Shown piece after piece: positions 12,067 to 25,272 of a stretch of DNA of 64,000 nucleotides. Both the position numbers and the translations under genes were made by a program. The notes under the pieces are model-generated. The model saw only the letters and a program-made list of their open reading frames with translations, searched no databases and was not told the DNA's origin. The stretch's first letter is position 1, and every line of letters begins with the position of its first letter. The stretch is from Octopus sinensis (taxonomy: Eukaryota): contig NC_043011.1 in NCBI RefSeq assembly GCF_006345805.1, positions 9,734,001 through 9,798,000 of the forward strand, read 5' to 3'.

Positions 12067-13153
12067 CATTAGTAGTAGTAGTAGTAGTAGTGAATAATTT
12101 TCTCTGGAAGATATTTATTACATTGTGAGGCAGGATAATGTATGTTGTGAATCTGAAAATATTAAGGGTTTAAATTCATAACAGCTGATATAAATGTGGC
12201 AGTACCAGTAATTGTAATGCCTATCCTTATATTACACATTGTGTCATGTTGATTCTGTTTTCAGATTATAAGACTGTGGAATACTCAGCCACTTAGTATA
12301 CTAATTCAATGAAGAGATTGGTCAGGTGGCTAAACAAATTGACAGAAGAGTCCAGCATGTATATATATGTGAGTGTGTATATATAGTGAGAGAGAGAGGG
12401 AGAGAGAGAGATAGAAATGTACATACACACACATATGAACATGGAAACAGACACATACACCAACTACCATACAGGAATTCCAGATGTGACCATCCGGCCT
12501 TTGTTTTTTACTCTCTCTTTATATATAGCCTACATGCACACACACACACACACACACACACATGCTATATATATATATATATACACCCACCCTCCATACA
12601 CCAGAACAGTAGTTATTTATATCCCAGCTCTATCCAACAGCCATGTTTGCTGTTTCCATTATTATCTCTCGGAATATACCATGGTTGATCAACTTATCCT
12701 ACATTTACTTACCAGCCTTCATCATTATCTCTCTCTCTCTCTCTCTCTGTCTTTCTTTCAGCCTGTCTTACTCTTTTCTCTCTCTCTCTGCCTCACCCCC
12801 CCCATCACTCACTAACCAACAAATCTTTCACCCAGTGAAGCATGAAGTACATGAATGTACTTGTTCTGCTGCAATTGATTTGTGGTGGTGGTGGTGGTTT
12901 TGATGATGATGAGGATGATGGGTGGAGTGCACTACTGGCTTTTTTGTCTGGCGAGGTATGGTGTGTGGTGGTGTGTTGTAGAGGGGTGTAGTGTTTTATA
13001 GTGTAATGGGGTGTGGTCTAGTGTGGTGCAGTGTGGCAAAGGGTGGTGAAGAGAGACATAGACTTGCATAACAATGTGAAGTGGTGTAGTGTATTGATGG
13101 CTTCGTAAGGTATCTGTCAACTATCTGACCTTTTTCCACCTTTATATATACAT

Positions 13154-13190
<37 letters not shown>

Positions 13191-13907
13191 GGTTTCTAAA
13201 ATAGACTCATTTTCCATTACTACAAGTTTTCTGCTTAAAAGGCATTCACCAGATGTTAAATAATGTAAAACATTTTTCAATGCTAACAGAATTATTTTTA
13301 ATGTTCAGTGCCATGAAATGGTGTGTTGTAAACAACTGATTGGTCCTGTTTATTTACATCCGGTTCACCAATCAGGTTTTATTTCACTGTAGTGATTTAC
13401 TAAATAGAATTGTGGTGGTGGGGGTGTGTCTTCTATGATATTTTGATATTAGCATTGAAGAGGGTTCTTTGTTTGTGTGCCTTACTACTGCTATTGTAAC
13501 TTCCAAGCCCCATCCTGGTCCCTCGTCTATAATGTGAGTAGCCATGCTGCTCCTCTACAGCAACAAAACTGTGGTATTTTGGCCCCTTCTTTCATACGTT
13601 AACCACTCACCTCCTAGCCTAAAGCCATCCGGGTCTCTCCTGTAAACCCCACTCAGTTGGAGGGAATCGTTGCAAGATGAATGGCAACTTCCCTAGGGCT
13701 GGTATTACAAAAAAGGGAGCACCCAGGATACTTTGTTAAGAGGTTGGTATAAGGAAAAGTATCAAGCAGGGATTGGGGCACCATGCAGCCCTTGGGTCTG
13801 TCGGGTCCTATGGAACCATGCAACTCATACCAGCATGGAAGATGACAATGATGACAATGACGATGATGTAGAGAGTACTTCCCCCCCATGGTTTGAACTT
13901 TTACATA

Positions 13908-13957
<50 letters not shown>

Positions 13958-16829
13958 CACAGACCTTCATAGTCCTGTATTGTTTAGTTTCATCCCCCAT
14001 CAGGTTAAACCAAGCTCTCCCTGATCAATGGAAGGATACAAAGCTGTAATTAGGAATTAAACTTTTTATCAAATTTGGCAGCAGTGAAGTGATCTTAGCT
14101 TCACAGCCTCATGAAGGCCTTGTTGTATCGTATCAGTTATGGAGGAGCTCTTTGGTGATGGTGGTGGTGGTGGTGGTGATGAGGGACACAGGATGGGCAG
14201 CTAAAGTAAGCCTGGCATCGTTACTTCCCTTCACAGCTTGACCACAACAAAATTCCAGTGAGTTACATATAGTTGTCCATGAGTTAAAGGAAGGAACTCC
14301 AGAAGAAATATCATAACTGTTCCCAGCTTTCCATTGTTCAAAAAACTTTTAGAAGAAAATAATTTGCTGGCAGAAACAGGATTTCCAAATAAAATTTTTA
14401 TGGTTGATTAGTTGCCAGTATGAAGGTCATTCAACTGTCAAACCAATTGCTTCAATGACATAAATGTTCTGCTGAGACAAGTATGAAGAAACTGATTTCA
14501 AAAAGTCATTCTATAAAGTGATTAGTGATAGGAAGTGAATCCAACCATGACTAATGCTAGAAAAAAAAAACACAACAATACTTTGGCTGGAGTTTCTTTT
14601 ATAATACTGTTATTGTATATCTCAATACAGTAAAACATGTCCAACCCATGTTAGGGATGGTGGGTGGATAATAAAATGGGGGTGTGGTGGTGTGTGTGTA
14701 TTTGGCCTGATGTGTCTAATTTGTGCATAAAAGTATTAAATGATATACCAGAAAACAGACTTATCATTAATTACAAAAACTACCTCCACCTAGGTACCTA
14801 GCCAGCCATCTCACATCTCTGTCTATGCCATTCTCAACTTGCTATAATTACAATGAAGTGTAGAATATTATTCCCCTTAATCTGACAAATTACACAGACT
14901 TTGTCATGTTTAGATTAACATCTGTAACAATTCATGAATGATGGAGTTTATCCTTTCATAAGATTAAGCATTTGTGGATGAATCCAAGCAACCATGGATT
15001 AGACAAAAGTTCATCAGCTAGAACTTTCTCATCCCAGCACTGATTACTTTCAAAGTTGAATTGTCATGTTTACAAACACAAACAAAACAGTTACAGTTAG
15101 ATTAAAGATTAGAACCGGAGATCTTTGGGTTGGCAGCCAAACACTCTAACCACATGGCTATCTTGCATGTCTTGATGGAAACTTTTTTCAAAGCATTATT
15201 ATAAAATACAAGTTATTTTACAAATAGGTTTTGAATATTCAGAAATGAATTATGGAAATAAAGATTGAATGAGAAATCAGTTGTGTGTGAAAGAACATTC
15301 TATCTGATTGTTTTTTCTTTCCAGAATATTCATAGAATAATAATCTCATTGATTCAGAAACTAGCGCTGGTGTTACGACAGAAGTGATTGTCTCTCATCG
15401 ACAGAGTGATGAATGTCATATAAAGAAGGTTTGATGGACAATGTCAGATATGGGAATGATTTGAAAAGAGACAAATAAGATAGCAGAGAGAGAGAGAGAG
15501 GGAGAGAGAGAAAGAGAGGGAAAAAGAGAGAGAGAGGGGATATTAATTTGCAATCAAATATGTTGACGAGATCACATCTGCAGTGGCATAGACAATCACC
15601 ATTATCAATTTCTAGACTAAAGATATGACATCATGTGTCACATATATACACACACCACATCATATATATACACACACATACATATTACATTATGTACTCA
15701 CACACACACACACACACACTTACCAATAACAATATAATTGTAGAAGCTGAAAGAAGTTCCATTAATTGTTATTGATTTTATGGCTGATAAGGTATGGGTG
15801 TGTGTGTGAGTGACTCATAGCTACTTTATTGTGTGTATATATATATGTGACTCATGACTACTGAAGTTCGTGTTCATGACTCTCATAGCTGGTGTGTGTG
15901 TGTGTGTGTAACTTATAGCTACTATATAGTCTGAGTATGTTTCCATTACATAAGTTAGAGGTCACTATGAATATTGCTAGGAACTTCCCATCTTTTGTAA
16001 GGGACTGACTTCTAATTACACTAATACCATAAGGTTTTTAATGCTTGTAGTGTTGAAGGGATCTATTCTTGCCAAGACAATATTGCTTTTAGCATCAAAG
16101 GCTGCAAATGAAAAGCTACATCCCACATTTCTTACCCGTGTAATCCACCTGAAATTGCTGAATTCTAGTCACCTGCTTGTTAATGGGTTTCTGTATTTCA
16201 CAATCGTGGATCATAAAAGTGACATTCACCCTATCTCCAGGAAAACTACTTGTGACTCATCACTAACAACAGGTATGACATAACTGACATCTTCATATCT
16301 TTTGGTCAAGTGACAGGTTAAACTCCACTTCCCTATCTGTTCTATTTGGAAGTCAGAGACTAAGGACAGAGCAATCCTATACTGTAATTGATTACATGAT
16401 TGCAGACTATATCTATCCGAAAAACAGCATGTACTAAAACAGTCTGAAGTGTCTTTCAGCAAAAAATCTAAAGAGGTTTCTAATAGTTACCACAACTGAG
16501 CATTTTGCTGGAACATTTTCAACCCCCCAAAAATGTCACCACCTTTGACAAAGGAAAACAATGAGTGGCAGAATCCCTTGGCTAGGTTGATATATATTTT
16601 AGTAGCACTAAATAGTTTCTAATCATAGTGATCTGCAACCGTTTCCATCTCACGACATACTTCAAATAATTGGAACCAAGCTTCCCGAAAACCTAAAGTT
16701 GCATGTGGTGAAAAATTCCCTTTATAGAAAAAATTTGAACAAGTAAATGTTTTAGTTCATATTCCTAATGAAACACTGAAGTCAACAAGTGTTCACTAAG
16801 AGAGAGAGAGAGAGATAGAGAGGGAGAAC

Positions 16830-16861
<32 letters not shown>

Positions 16862-17059
16862 TGTGTATATAAATTATCTAAAACTAATTAATTAGCTCAG
16901 GCTTATTTCCAAACTGCTGAGAGTGGTTTAATCACCAAGTTTATTTCTACAGCAAGGCTAAAATTGCATTTATTAAATATGATTGCAACATTCTTTACAA
17001 ACTTGGTGTGTGTGTGTAAAATTGCAGTTGTGGCCATTATCAATATCATGCAAATGACA

Positions 17060-17256
17060 TTCATGCTGGTGGCATGTAAAAAGCACCCATTACACTTTTG
17101 GAGTGGTTGACATTAGGAAGGGCATCCAGCCATAGAAACCTTGCCAAATCAGACTGGAGCCTGGTGCACCTACCCAGCTTACCAGTTCCAGTGAAACTGT
17201 CTAAGCCATGCCAACATGGAAAGCAGACATTAAATGATGATGATGATGATGATGAT
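17060..17256 (+). mobile_element. RTE-type 3' tail fragment
   Basis: GAGTGGTTGACATTAGGAAGGGCATCCAGCC...CATGGAAAGCAGACATTAAA(TGA)n matches the 2900-3059 tail. Confidence 0.8.
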
Positions 17257-18214
17257 ATATGGAGGGGGTTTCAATTCACTCAGCCTAGATGAAGCCAGCT
17301 GAAGGTAAATGTTTCCCCAATTGCTACAATGCTTGAATCCTCAGTCAACCTTACAGGTGTGTGGTAGTGTTTGTTGAAGGTTCCACTTTAAGCTATTTTG
17401 GTTTCAATGACTGACTGAAACTATTACATACTACTCTCAGTATTGAGTACTTTCTGTAGCATTCATTACCATTAACATAAGATTTAGTGTATATACACAG
17501 ACACCCTTTTAAATGTATGCACCTACATGTATACACAAAAGGATATCAATGATATGATAAAAAATAACTATTTCAGATATATAATTTATATAAATTTTCT
17601 TCACATTTTGGAAACCTTTCTCTTTGAATCAGCTCAACCTTGCTGCACCCCACTACCCACCCGTTCGTAGAAGGGGAAGATGGGCCCGTTTATAGAAGGG
17701 GAAGATGGGAACATGAAAACAATTGCAAACTCATTCAATTTTTTTTAATTGATTTTCTTTTCAGAATTATTTTAATTTTGATGGAAATAATGATTTCTTT
17801 TATGACATTGTGATTATTGATACACACACATAGATACACACACATAAATACATACATGCAAACACACATATATATATACATATATGCACATATACATGCA
17901 CACATTCACATCCTATAGGTGGAGCATACATATATATATATATACATATATATTTTTGGTATATACATATGTATGTTAGGGTATAAATTGATTAGGCAAG
18001 ACAGGGTTCAAACAGTATTGATAAAATGTCTACTTTATACATCAGTTTCTGCTGAGAAAACCATAAATTTCTGCCAGTTGATGCTTGGAACCTTCATAGA
18101 CATTTCAAGTGGAATTTTGAATCAATTTATATGTAATACAGTTGGTGCCGAGATTAATGGAATAGCCTGTAGCTTTTTCCATTATAAAAATCAGCCTTCT
18201 CGTTTGTTAAAACC

Positions 18215-18283
<69 letters not shown>

Positions 18284-18606
18284 AAGAGAAGAAGAAGAAG
18301 AACAGCAACAACAACAACAACAGCAGCAGCAGCAGCTTTCAGTTGCTTTTCTTCCTTGCAGTGTTGGATTGCTTTTGTTGGATCAATTGTTTTCACAGAC
18401 GGATGGTTTTCTACAAACCAGTGGACTGTGAAACAAGAGTAGAACCTGTTTCATGTCAGTGAAGCAAACTGGAATAAATAGAGTTATGTGTATTGCTCAA
18501 GAGGATGACAATAGTTTTCCAAGAAAGGTTTGAACTCATGATCACATGCCTAGTAGTCCAGCACCTTAACCTCACCACTGTGGTGCCTCTAGGAGATTGA
18601 ATTTGA

Positions 18607-18709
<103 letters not shown>

Positions 18710-18710
18710 C

Positions 18711-18922
18711 CTTTCTACTGGAGGCACAAGGCCTGAAATTTGGGGGAGGGGGAGAGTCGATTACATCAACCCCAGTGTTTAACTGTACTTCATTTATTGA
18801 CTCCTGAAAGGATGAAAGGCAAAGTCAACCATGGCAGAATTTGAACTCAGAACATAGTGGCAGACGAAATACCACAAAGCCTTTCGCCTGGCATGCTGGC
18901 AATTTTGCCAGCTTGCCACCTT
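18711..18922 (-). mobile_element. Nin/Deu-domain SINE
   Basis: Reverse complement of the 11807-12020 family; adjoins a long (AAT)n tract. Confidence 0.85.
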
Positions 18923-19785
18923 AACAACAACGACGCCGCCGCCGACGACAACAGCACCACCACTACCACCTACAAAAATCAGCATTGCTTGGAACTACGA
19001 GAATTTTTTGCCGGGTTCTTGAAGCATGACCAATAACACAAGTGTCAGCTTGTGGACAGCTGACACTTTGCATCATGGTCAGGAAAATAAGCTGTGAGCT
19101 TTCATCGAATAATAATAATCCTTTCCCCAAAAGGCACAAAGCCTGAAACTTTTGTGGGAGTCGGTTGGGGTTTAAGCTGATTACATCAACCCCAGTTAAT
19201 TCCTGGTACTTTATTTTATTGGAAGCGAAGGGATGAACAGCAAATATGATTGTAATTAGGTCTGAATGATAACTGTTTCTAATTGTTGGCACTAGGCCAG
19301 CAATTGTGAGTGAAGGAGGAAGTCAATTACATCACTCCCAGTTTGTATTTTTGACCCTGAAAGAAAGACAAAAGTCAATTTCGGCAGTATTTGAACTCAG
19401 GACACAATGAGCTAAAAGAAATACCCCTAATGATACTACCAATAATAAAAATAATAATTATGGTGACCGAGTTCAGTGTATTTCTTCTCCCTAAAAGGGA
19501 GCAACTTTCTACCAACATAAATACGTGTCCATAATTCATGACAAAAAAATTCCTGACAATATGGCAAAACTCATTTACTCTGCCTTTACGCAAAATATAA
19601 AATTATGTTTACCTCAGTTTGTGTGGCTGACAACAGATCCCACTTCAATCATCGAAATAGCTCAGTAAACACCATTTCACATTTCATAGCAAATTAACCT
19701 GCATACATAGACATAAAACAGGGGTCTATATGTGTATGTGTGTGTGTGTACATATATCTATATATATATATATATATTATATATA

Positions 19786-19880
<95 letters not shown>

Positions 19881-20035
19881 CGAGAGAGGGAGAGCGAGAG
19901 AGATACACACACACATATACACAAATATACACACACATACACATGCATACATATCTTGTTTTACACATATAGTTTAATGAGGCTAATCAACAGCCATGTC
20001 CCCTTTTAGGGTATCCAAGATTGGTGGAAGTAAGG

Positions 20036-20178
20036 GTATATGTTAAAGTGAGATAAGGCCAGTTTATGAGATTACCTTAGGTTTCACATCCATAAAGGGT
20101 CCAGCTTTATTGCAAGGGATCATCAGACCCCTTGTGCATGTGAAACCTAAGGTAATCTCAACTCACTTTATTATATAC
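20036..20178. repeat. Inverted repeat / long hairpin
   Basis: 23-bp perfect arms (20067-20089 and 20138-20160) extending to a ~35-bp stem; outer arms 20036-20052 and 20162-20178 match 15/17. Confidence 0.9.
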
Positions 20179-20278
20179 TGCTCTATAACTTAAAGTGTGC
20201 TTCTTTTTACTGAATTGTACACACACTCACACACACACACACACTCACACACACACACACTCACACACACACACACAC

Positions 20279-20312
<34 letters not shown>

Positions 20313-20338
20313 ACCACACACACACTCACACACACACA

Positions 20339-20380
<42 letters not shown>

Positions 20381-21217
20381 ACAAGCAGGAGCAAGTTTCT
20401 TCTTGTTGAAAGCACAACAAATATATTTTCAATAATTTCCCATCAATATTTTCCTATTTATAGATTTTATTTCTTTATTGCAACACTGAAAATGTAGAAA
20501 ATAGTACAGAATGTCTAATTTCTGTCTGTCTGCCATGTGGCTGTGTCTGTGCGTATGTGTGAGTGTGTCTGTGCGTATGTGTGTGTGTGTCTGTGCTTAT
20601 GTGTGTGTGTGTCTGTGCGTATGTGTGTGTTTGTATGTGTGTGCATGTGTTACTGTCAGCTTCAGCTGCTCCCCTATCACACCCACACCCACACACATGA
20701 ATATATACATATACACACTTAACATTTCACAGCTCTTCTATTCCAGTTTCATGCCTGCTAAGAATCACCTTTCATTGAGCACATCATTTCCCCTGAACAG
20801 TGGGACCCTTAAGTAATGAAGTCATTTTACAAACACACACACACACATGTGAACATGATATCATCATCATCATTATAACAACAACAACAACAACAAACAT
20901 TTTTCCATATTTGCACAGGTTGGACACAGTTTATTGAAGCAGATTTTCTACAGCCACATGTCTTTTCTGTTGCGAACCTACACTTGTTTCCAAGTGAGGT
21001 AATATTTTCCCCTTGACCAAATGTATTTATACAGAAGATTGGAAATGAATGACACTGCTTGTATGACAGGGACACTCATTTACAACAATAAATGCAATGT
21101 GAAAATGAGTCACAAATATAAATGCATACACACATATTGTATATAACCATGCCAGTATGGAAGGCAGATGTTAAACGAGGATGATGATGATGATGATGAT
21201 ATCACACCATCTATTTC

Positions 21218-21430
21218 TCGAGCTGGCAGAACCGTTTGCTGGGCGAAATGCGTAGCCGTATTTCGTCTGCCATTATGTTCTGAGTTCAAATTCTGCCGAG
21301 GTCAACTTTGCGTTTCATCGATAATTTAAGTACCAGTTACGCACTGGGGTTGATGTAATCGACTTATTTCATTTGTCTGTCCTTGTTTGTCCCCTTTATG
21401 TTTAGCCCCTTGTGGGTAATAAAGTAATAT
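21218..21430 (+). mobile_element. Nin/Deu-domain SINE with a variant tail
   Basis: CGAGCTGGCAGAACCG..TGAGTTCAAATTC..AAGTACCAGTT; tail differs from the 11807 copy. Confidence 0.8.
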
Positions 21431-22161
21431 ATTTCTCTCTCTCTCTCTCCCCCTCTATCTTTTTCCTGAACTCTCCCCCAACTGCCTTCTCCTTCCTTGT
21501 TCTACTGGGGTACCAAGTATTTCCACTATAGTAAGAAGACTATACCTGTCCTTCTAACATACTCCATACTCTCGTCTGGTACACACCTGCTTCCCATGGT
21601 TCCACTCCCTCTCTCAACCAAGAATTGCTCTGCAAGTTACTTGCCAACTGAGTTGCTGCTAATGCTATGAAAAAGACACACCTGTGCCAGTGACAGGTAA
21701 AAGATATTTGTGCTGGTGACGTGTAAAAAGTACCCAATACACATTGGTTGGTGTTAAGAAGGACATCCAGCCATAGAAACTAAGCCGAAACAGATGGCTG
21801 GAGCCTGGTGCAGATCTCTGGCTGACCTCTGGTCAAACCATCTAACTCATGCCAGCATGCAAAAATGGATATTAAATGAGGATGCCCTTTATTTGCAGTT
21901 GCATTTGTGTACCGTTTCTCCATTTTTTCCATCCTTGTTTTTGTATACATTTGCTGCTTTCTTCCAAGGAATCTAGTGCTCTTAGCTAAGTTTTTTTTTC
22001 CTTGGGGCTGACCAGCATGGAGCAATCTCGAGTATAACCAGGCGAAATTGCAAAGATAATCTGGAACTCGACTGAAGAAAGAAAACTCCGAATGACCCGT
22101 CCTTGTTTTTTGTATTGTGTGTCAGGATGTTTTGTGTTCTTGTCCCATTTTTGGTATTCCT

Positions 22162-22200
<39 letters not shown>

Positions 22201-22760
22201 GACATTGACCACAATGCATACCGAAAGACTTGGCTCAGTAGTGGGTTCCATACACCACTACAACATCCAGAATGGTACAACATGGTGCATCAGCCTTGAG
22301 ATAGGCAAGTGTGCAGAATATGAACCAAGTTATAAAATAAATAGCATATAGGAAACAGGTATGGTATTCAATGACTTACAGAACATACACATATCTCAGC
22401 AAATTATGTTTATAACTACGTCACAGCTGTACAAACATTATATAATATTGTAAATCACTTTATCAGTGTTCTGCAAATTATATGTTTCTGCAACTGTAAT
22501 GTAATTATGAAGATACTTTGAAGAAATACATTTATGTTCTACAAAGCATTCAAAATCATATCTGTTTTCTATATTATTAATTTTTCTGTGTGGCATAGAA
22601 CCCAAAGCAAGTATCTTTTACTAAAGCTCTGGGCCAATAAAAACCTTGCGAATGGTTTTGGTTGACAAAAACTGACAGAAAGCCATTGTGTGTGTGTGTG
22701 TGTGTGTGTTTTGAATATTTTGCTTAAAGCCCAAACAATATGTTATAAAAATTAACAATA

Positions 22761-23147
22761 TGTAGGAGTGGTTGTGTGGTAAGTAGCTTGTATACCAACC
22801 ACATGGTTCCAGGTTCAGTCCCACTGCGTGGCACCTTGGGCAAGTGTCTTCTACTATAGCCTCAGGCTGCCCAAAGCCTTGTGAGTGGATTTGGTAGACA
22901 GTAACTGAAAAAAGCCCGTCGTATATATGTATGTGTGTGTGTTTGTGTGTCTGTGTTTGTCCCCCTAGCATTGCTTGACAACCGATGCTGGTGTGTTTAT
23001 GTCCCCGTCACTTAGCGGTTCGGCAAAAAGAGACCGATAGAATAAGTACCAGGCTTATAAAGAATAAGTCCCGGGGTCGAGTTGCTCGATTAAAGGCGGT
23101 GCTCCAGCATGGCCGCAGTCAAATGACTGAAACAAGTAAAAGAGTAA
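22761..23147 (+). mobile_element. Full-length tRNA-derived CORE-like SINE with LINE-derived tail
   Basis: A-box-like GTGGTTGTGTGG, B-box-like GGTTCAGTCCC, CCTTGGGCAAGT motif, tail GGCGGTGCTCCAGCATGGCCGCAGTCAAATGACTGAAACAAGTAAAAGAG. Confidence 0.9.
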
Positions 23148-23429
23148 TACAATTTCTTGGTTTGTTTTATTGCCTAGTTTTCCAATATTTTAGAATTAGG
23201 ACCCCTTCAGCTGACAAAAGCTTTTTCTCCATAAATATTCTGAAGAAGAGGCCCTAACTCTTAAATATCATAACCCAGGTAAACTAGTCCTAACCATTGG
23301 CTCATATTATCCATTTTTATAACTTGTGTTGTTTGGGCTTTAAAATAATACTTAAAACATATATATATATATATGCGTGTGTATACATATATATACATAC
23401 ATACATACATATATATATATACATACATA

Positions 23430-23472
<43 letters not shown>

Positions 23473-23474
<2 letters not shown>

Positions 23475-23685
23475 ACAGCACGGACTTTGTCAGTGAACAG
23501 GTCGCGGATTTTAGCGGATTTTAGCGACGAAAATATTTTGACAAATTAAACTTAAATGTTGGAGTGAATCGAACGGCTTTTGTGTGTTTCTTAAATGGCT
23601 TATAAACACCTTCCACGCTGCAATTGTTTTCGTTTCAGCACACGATCTCAGATCAAATTACTTGCTATGCGAGTACATCTCCGTA

Positions 23686-23686
<1 letters not shown>
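23473..23686 (+). mobile_element. ~210-bp hammerhead-bearing element (Penelope pseudo-LTR or retrozyme-like)
   Basis: Colinear with 9519-9700 and with the reverse complement of 9313-9518; (TA)n on both sides. Confidence 0.7.
23486..23545 (+). ncRNA. Predicted minimal type-I hammerhead ribozyme, G3-C8 variant
   Basis: Stem I TTTGTCA 23486-92 / TGACAAA 23539-45; core GTGAACA 23493-99; stem II GTCGC 23501-05 / GCGAC 23524-28; GAAA 23529-32; predicted cut between 23538 and 23539. Confidence 0.7.
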
Positions 23687-23720
<34 letters not shown>

Positions 23721-23751
23721 CATATATACATATACATACATATATATATAT

Positions 23752-23792
<41 letters not shown>

Positions 23793-23834
23793 TATATATA
23801 CATACATATACATACATATATATATATACATACA

Positions 23835-24020
23835 TCATCATCATCATCATCATTTAGCGTCCGCCCTCCATGCCAGCATGGGTTGGACGGTTCAACTGGG
23901 GTCTCTGAAGCCAGAAGGCTGCATCAGGCCCAGTCTGATCTGGCAGTGTTTCTACGGCTGGATGCCCTTCCTAACGCCAACCACTCCATGAGTGTAGTGG
24001 GTGCTTTTCACGTGCCACCC
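23835..24020 (-). mobile_element. RTE-type 3' tail fragment
   Basis: Reverse complement of the 2880-3059 tail; (CAT)n at its left end. Confidence 0.88.
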
Positions 24021-24087
24021 GCACATATACATACATATATATATGCATACATATACATACATTATATATATATATATACATACATAT

Positions 24088-24136
<49 letters not shown>

Positions 24137-24718
24137 ATATGCATACATTTATATATATACATAATATATATATGCATACATATATATATATACATATATA
24201 TATACATATACATATATATATACATATATATATATACATACATATACATATATAATATACATATATATATACATATACATATATATATACATATACATAT
24301 ATATATACGTACATATACATATATATATACATACATATATATACATATACATATATATATACATACATATACATATATATTACATAATATATATATACAT
24401 ACATATATATATACATACATATATAACATATAGTATATACATATATACATACATATATATATACATACATATATATACATATATATATACATATATATAT
24501 ACATATAATATATATATATACATATATATACATATAATATATATATACATCTATAATATATTATATATGATATATATATATAATATAATATATAGTATAT
24601 ATATATATATATACATATTATATAATATATATACATATATATATATACATATATATTATCATATATATACATATATATATATGTAATATATATACATACA
24701 TTATATATACAATTATAT

Positions 24719-24759
<41 letters not shown>

Positions 24760-24806
24760 ATATATATATATGTATATATATAATAATACTATTATATACA
24801 TATATG

Positions 24807-24868
<62 letters not shown>

Positions 24869-24952
24869 GCTTCGGACTGAAACATTTTTAAGGATTTTAA
24901 GGATTTATACATATATATATATATATATACATATACATACATACATATATAT
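24021..24952. repeat. Long degenerate (TA)n/(TACA)n microsatellite
   Basis: Direct inspection. Confidence 0.95.
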
Positions 24953-25251
24953 ATCACGTGATCACGTGACCGACCAGACCATCAGGTGTTGTTACACATC
25001 GCTGGTCACAATGCGCTCGCATTGTTTTAGCCTTCAAATGACGCCACCCTGCTGGCTAAGTGAGCAGGCCAACAGAAGAAAGAGTGGGAGAAAGAGTACA
25101 GCAGGGATCACCACCATCCCCTGCCGGAGCCTCGTGGAGCTTTTTAGGTGTTTTCGTTCAATAAACACTCACAACGCCCGGTCAGGGAATCGAAACCGCG
25201 ATTCTACAACCACAAGTCTGCTGCCCTAACCACTGGGCCATTGCGCCTCCA
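24953..25251 (-). mobile_element. tRNA-derived SINE
   Basis: Minus strand head TGGAGGCGCAATGGCCCAGTGGTTAGGGCAGC..GGTTTCGATTCC (A/B boxes); tail (CACGTGAT)n shared with 45207-45505. Confidence 0.88.
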
Positions 25252-25272
25252 TATATATATATATATATATAT

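Noticed and set aside
15325-15428. Candidate exon after a polypyrimidine-CAG acceptor
   Set aside because: Stops in all three frames and no homology; needs RNA-seq.
17662-17709. 25-bp tandem duplication (TAGAAGGGGAAGATGGG)
   Set aside because: Ordinary slippage duplication.
17919-18431. 170-aa ORF with poly-I/R/E/Q
   Set aside because: Compound (AAT)(AAG)(CAR) microsatellite with no recognisable domain.
22040-22105. GAAA..ATC..CTGAAGA hammerhead-like order
   Set aside because: Stem I is mismatched and stem II cannot form.
23584-25229. Long YI/IY-rich ORFs (also 10926-11354, 46615-47059 and HT/CV-rich ORFs)
   Set aside because: Microsatellites lacking stop codons.
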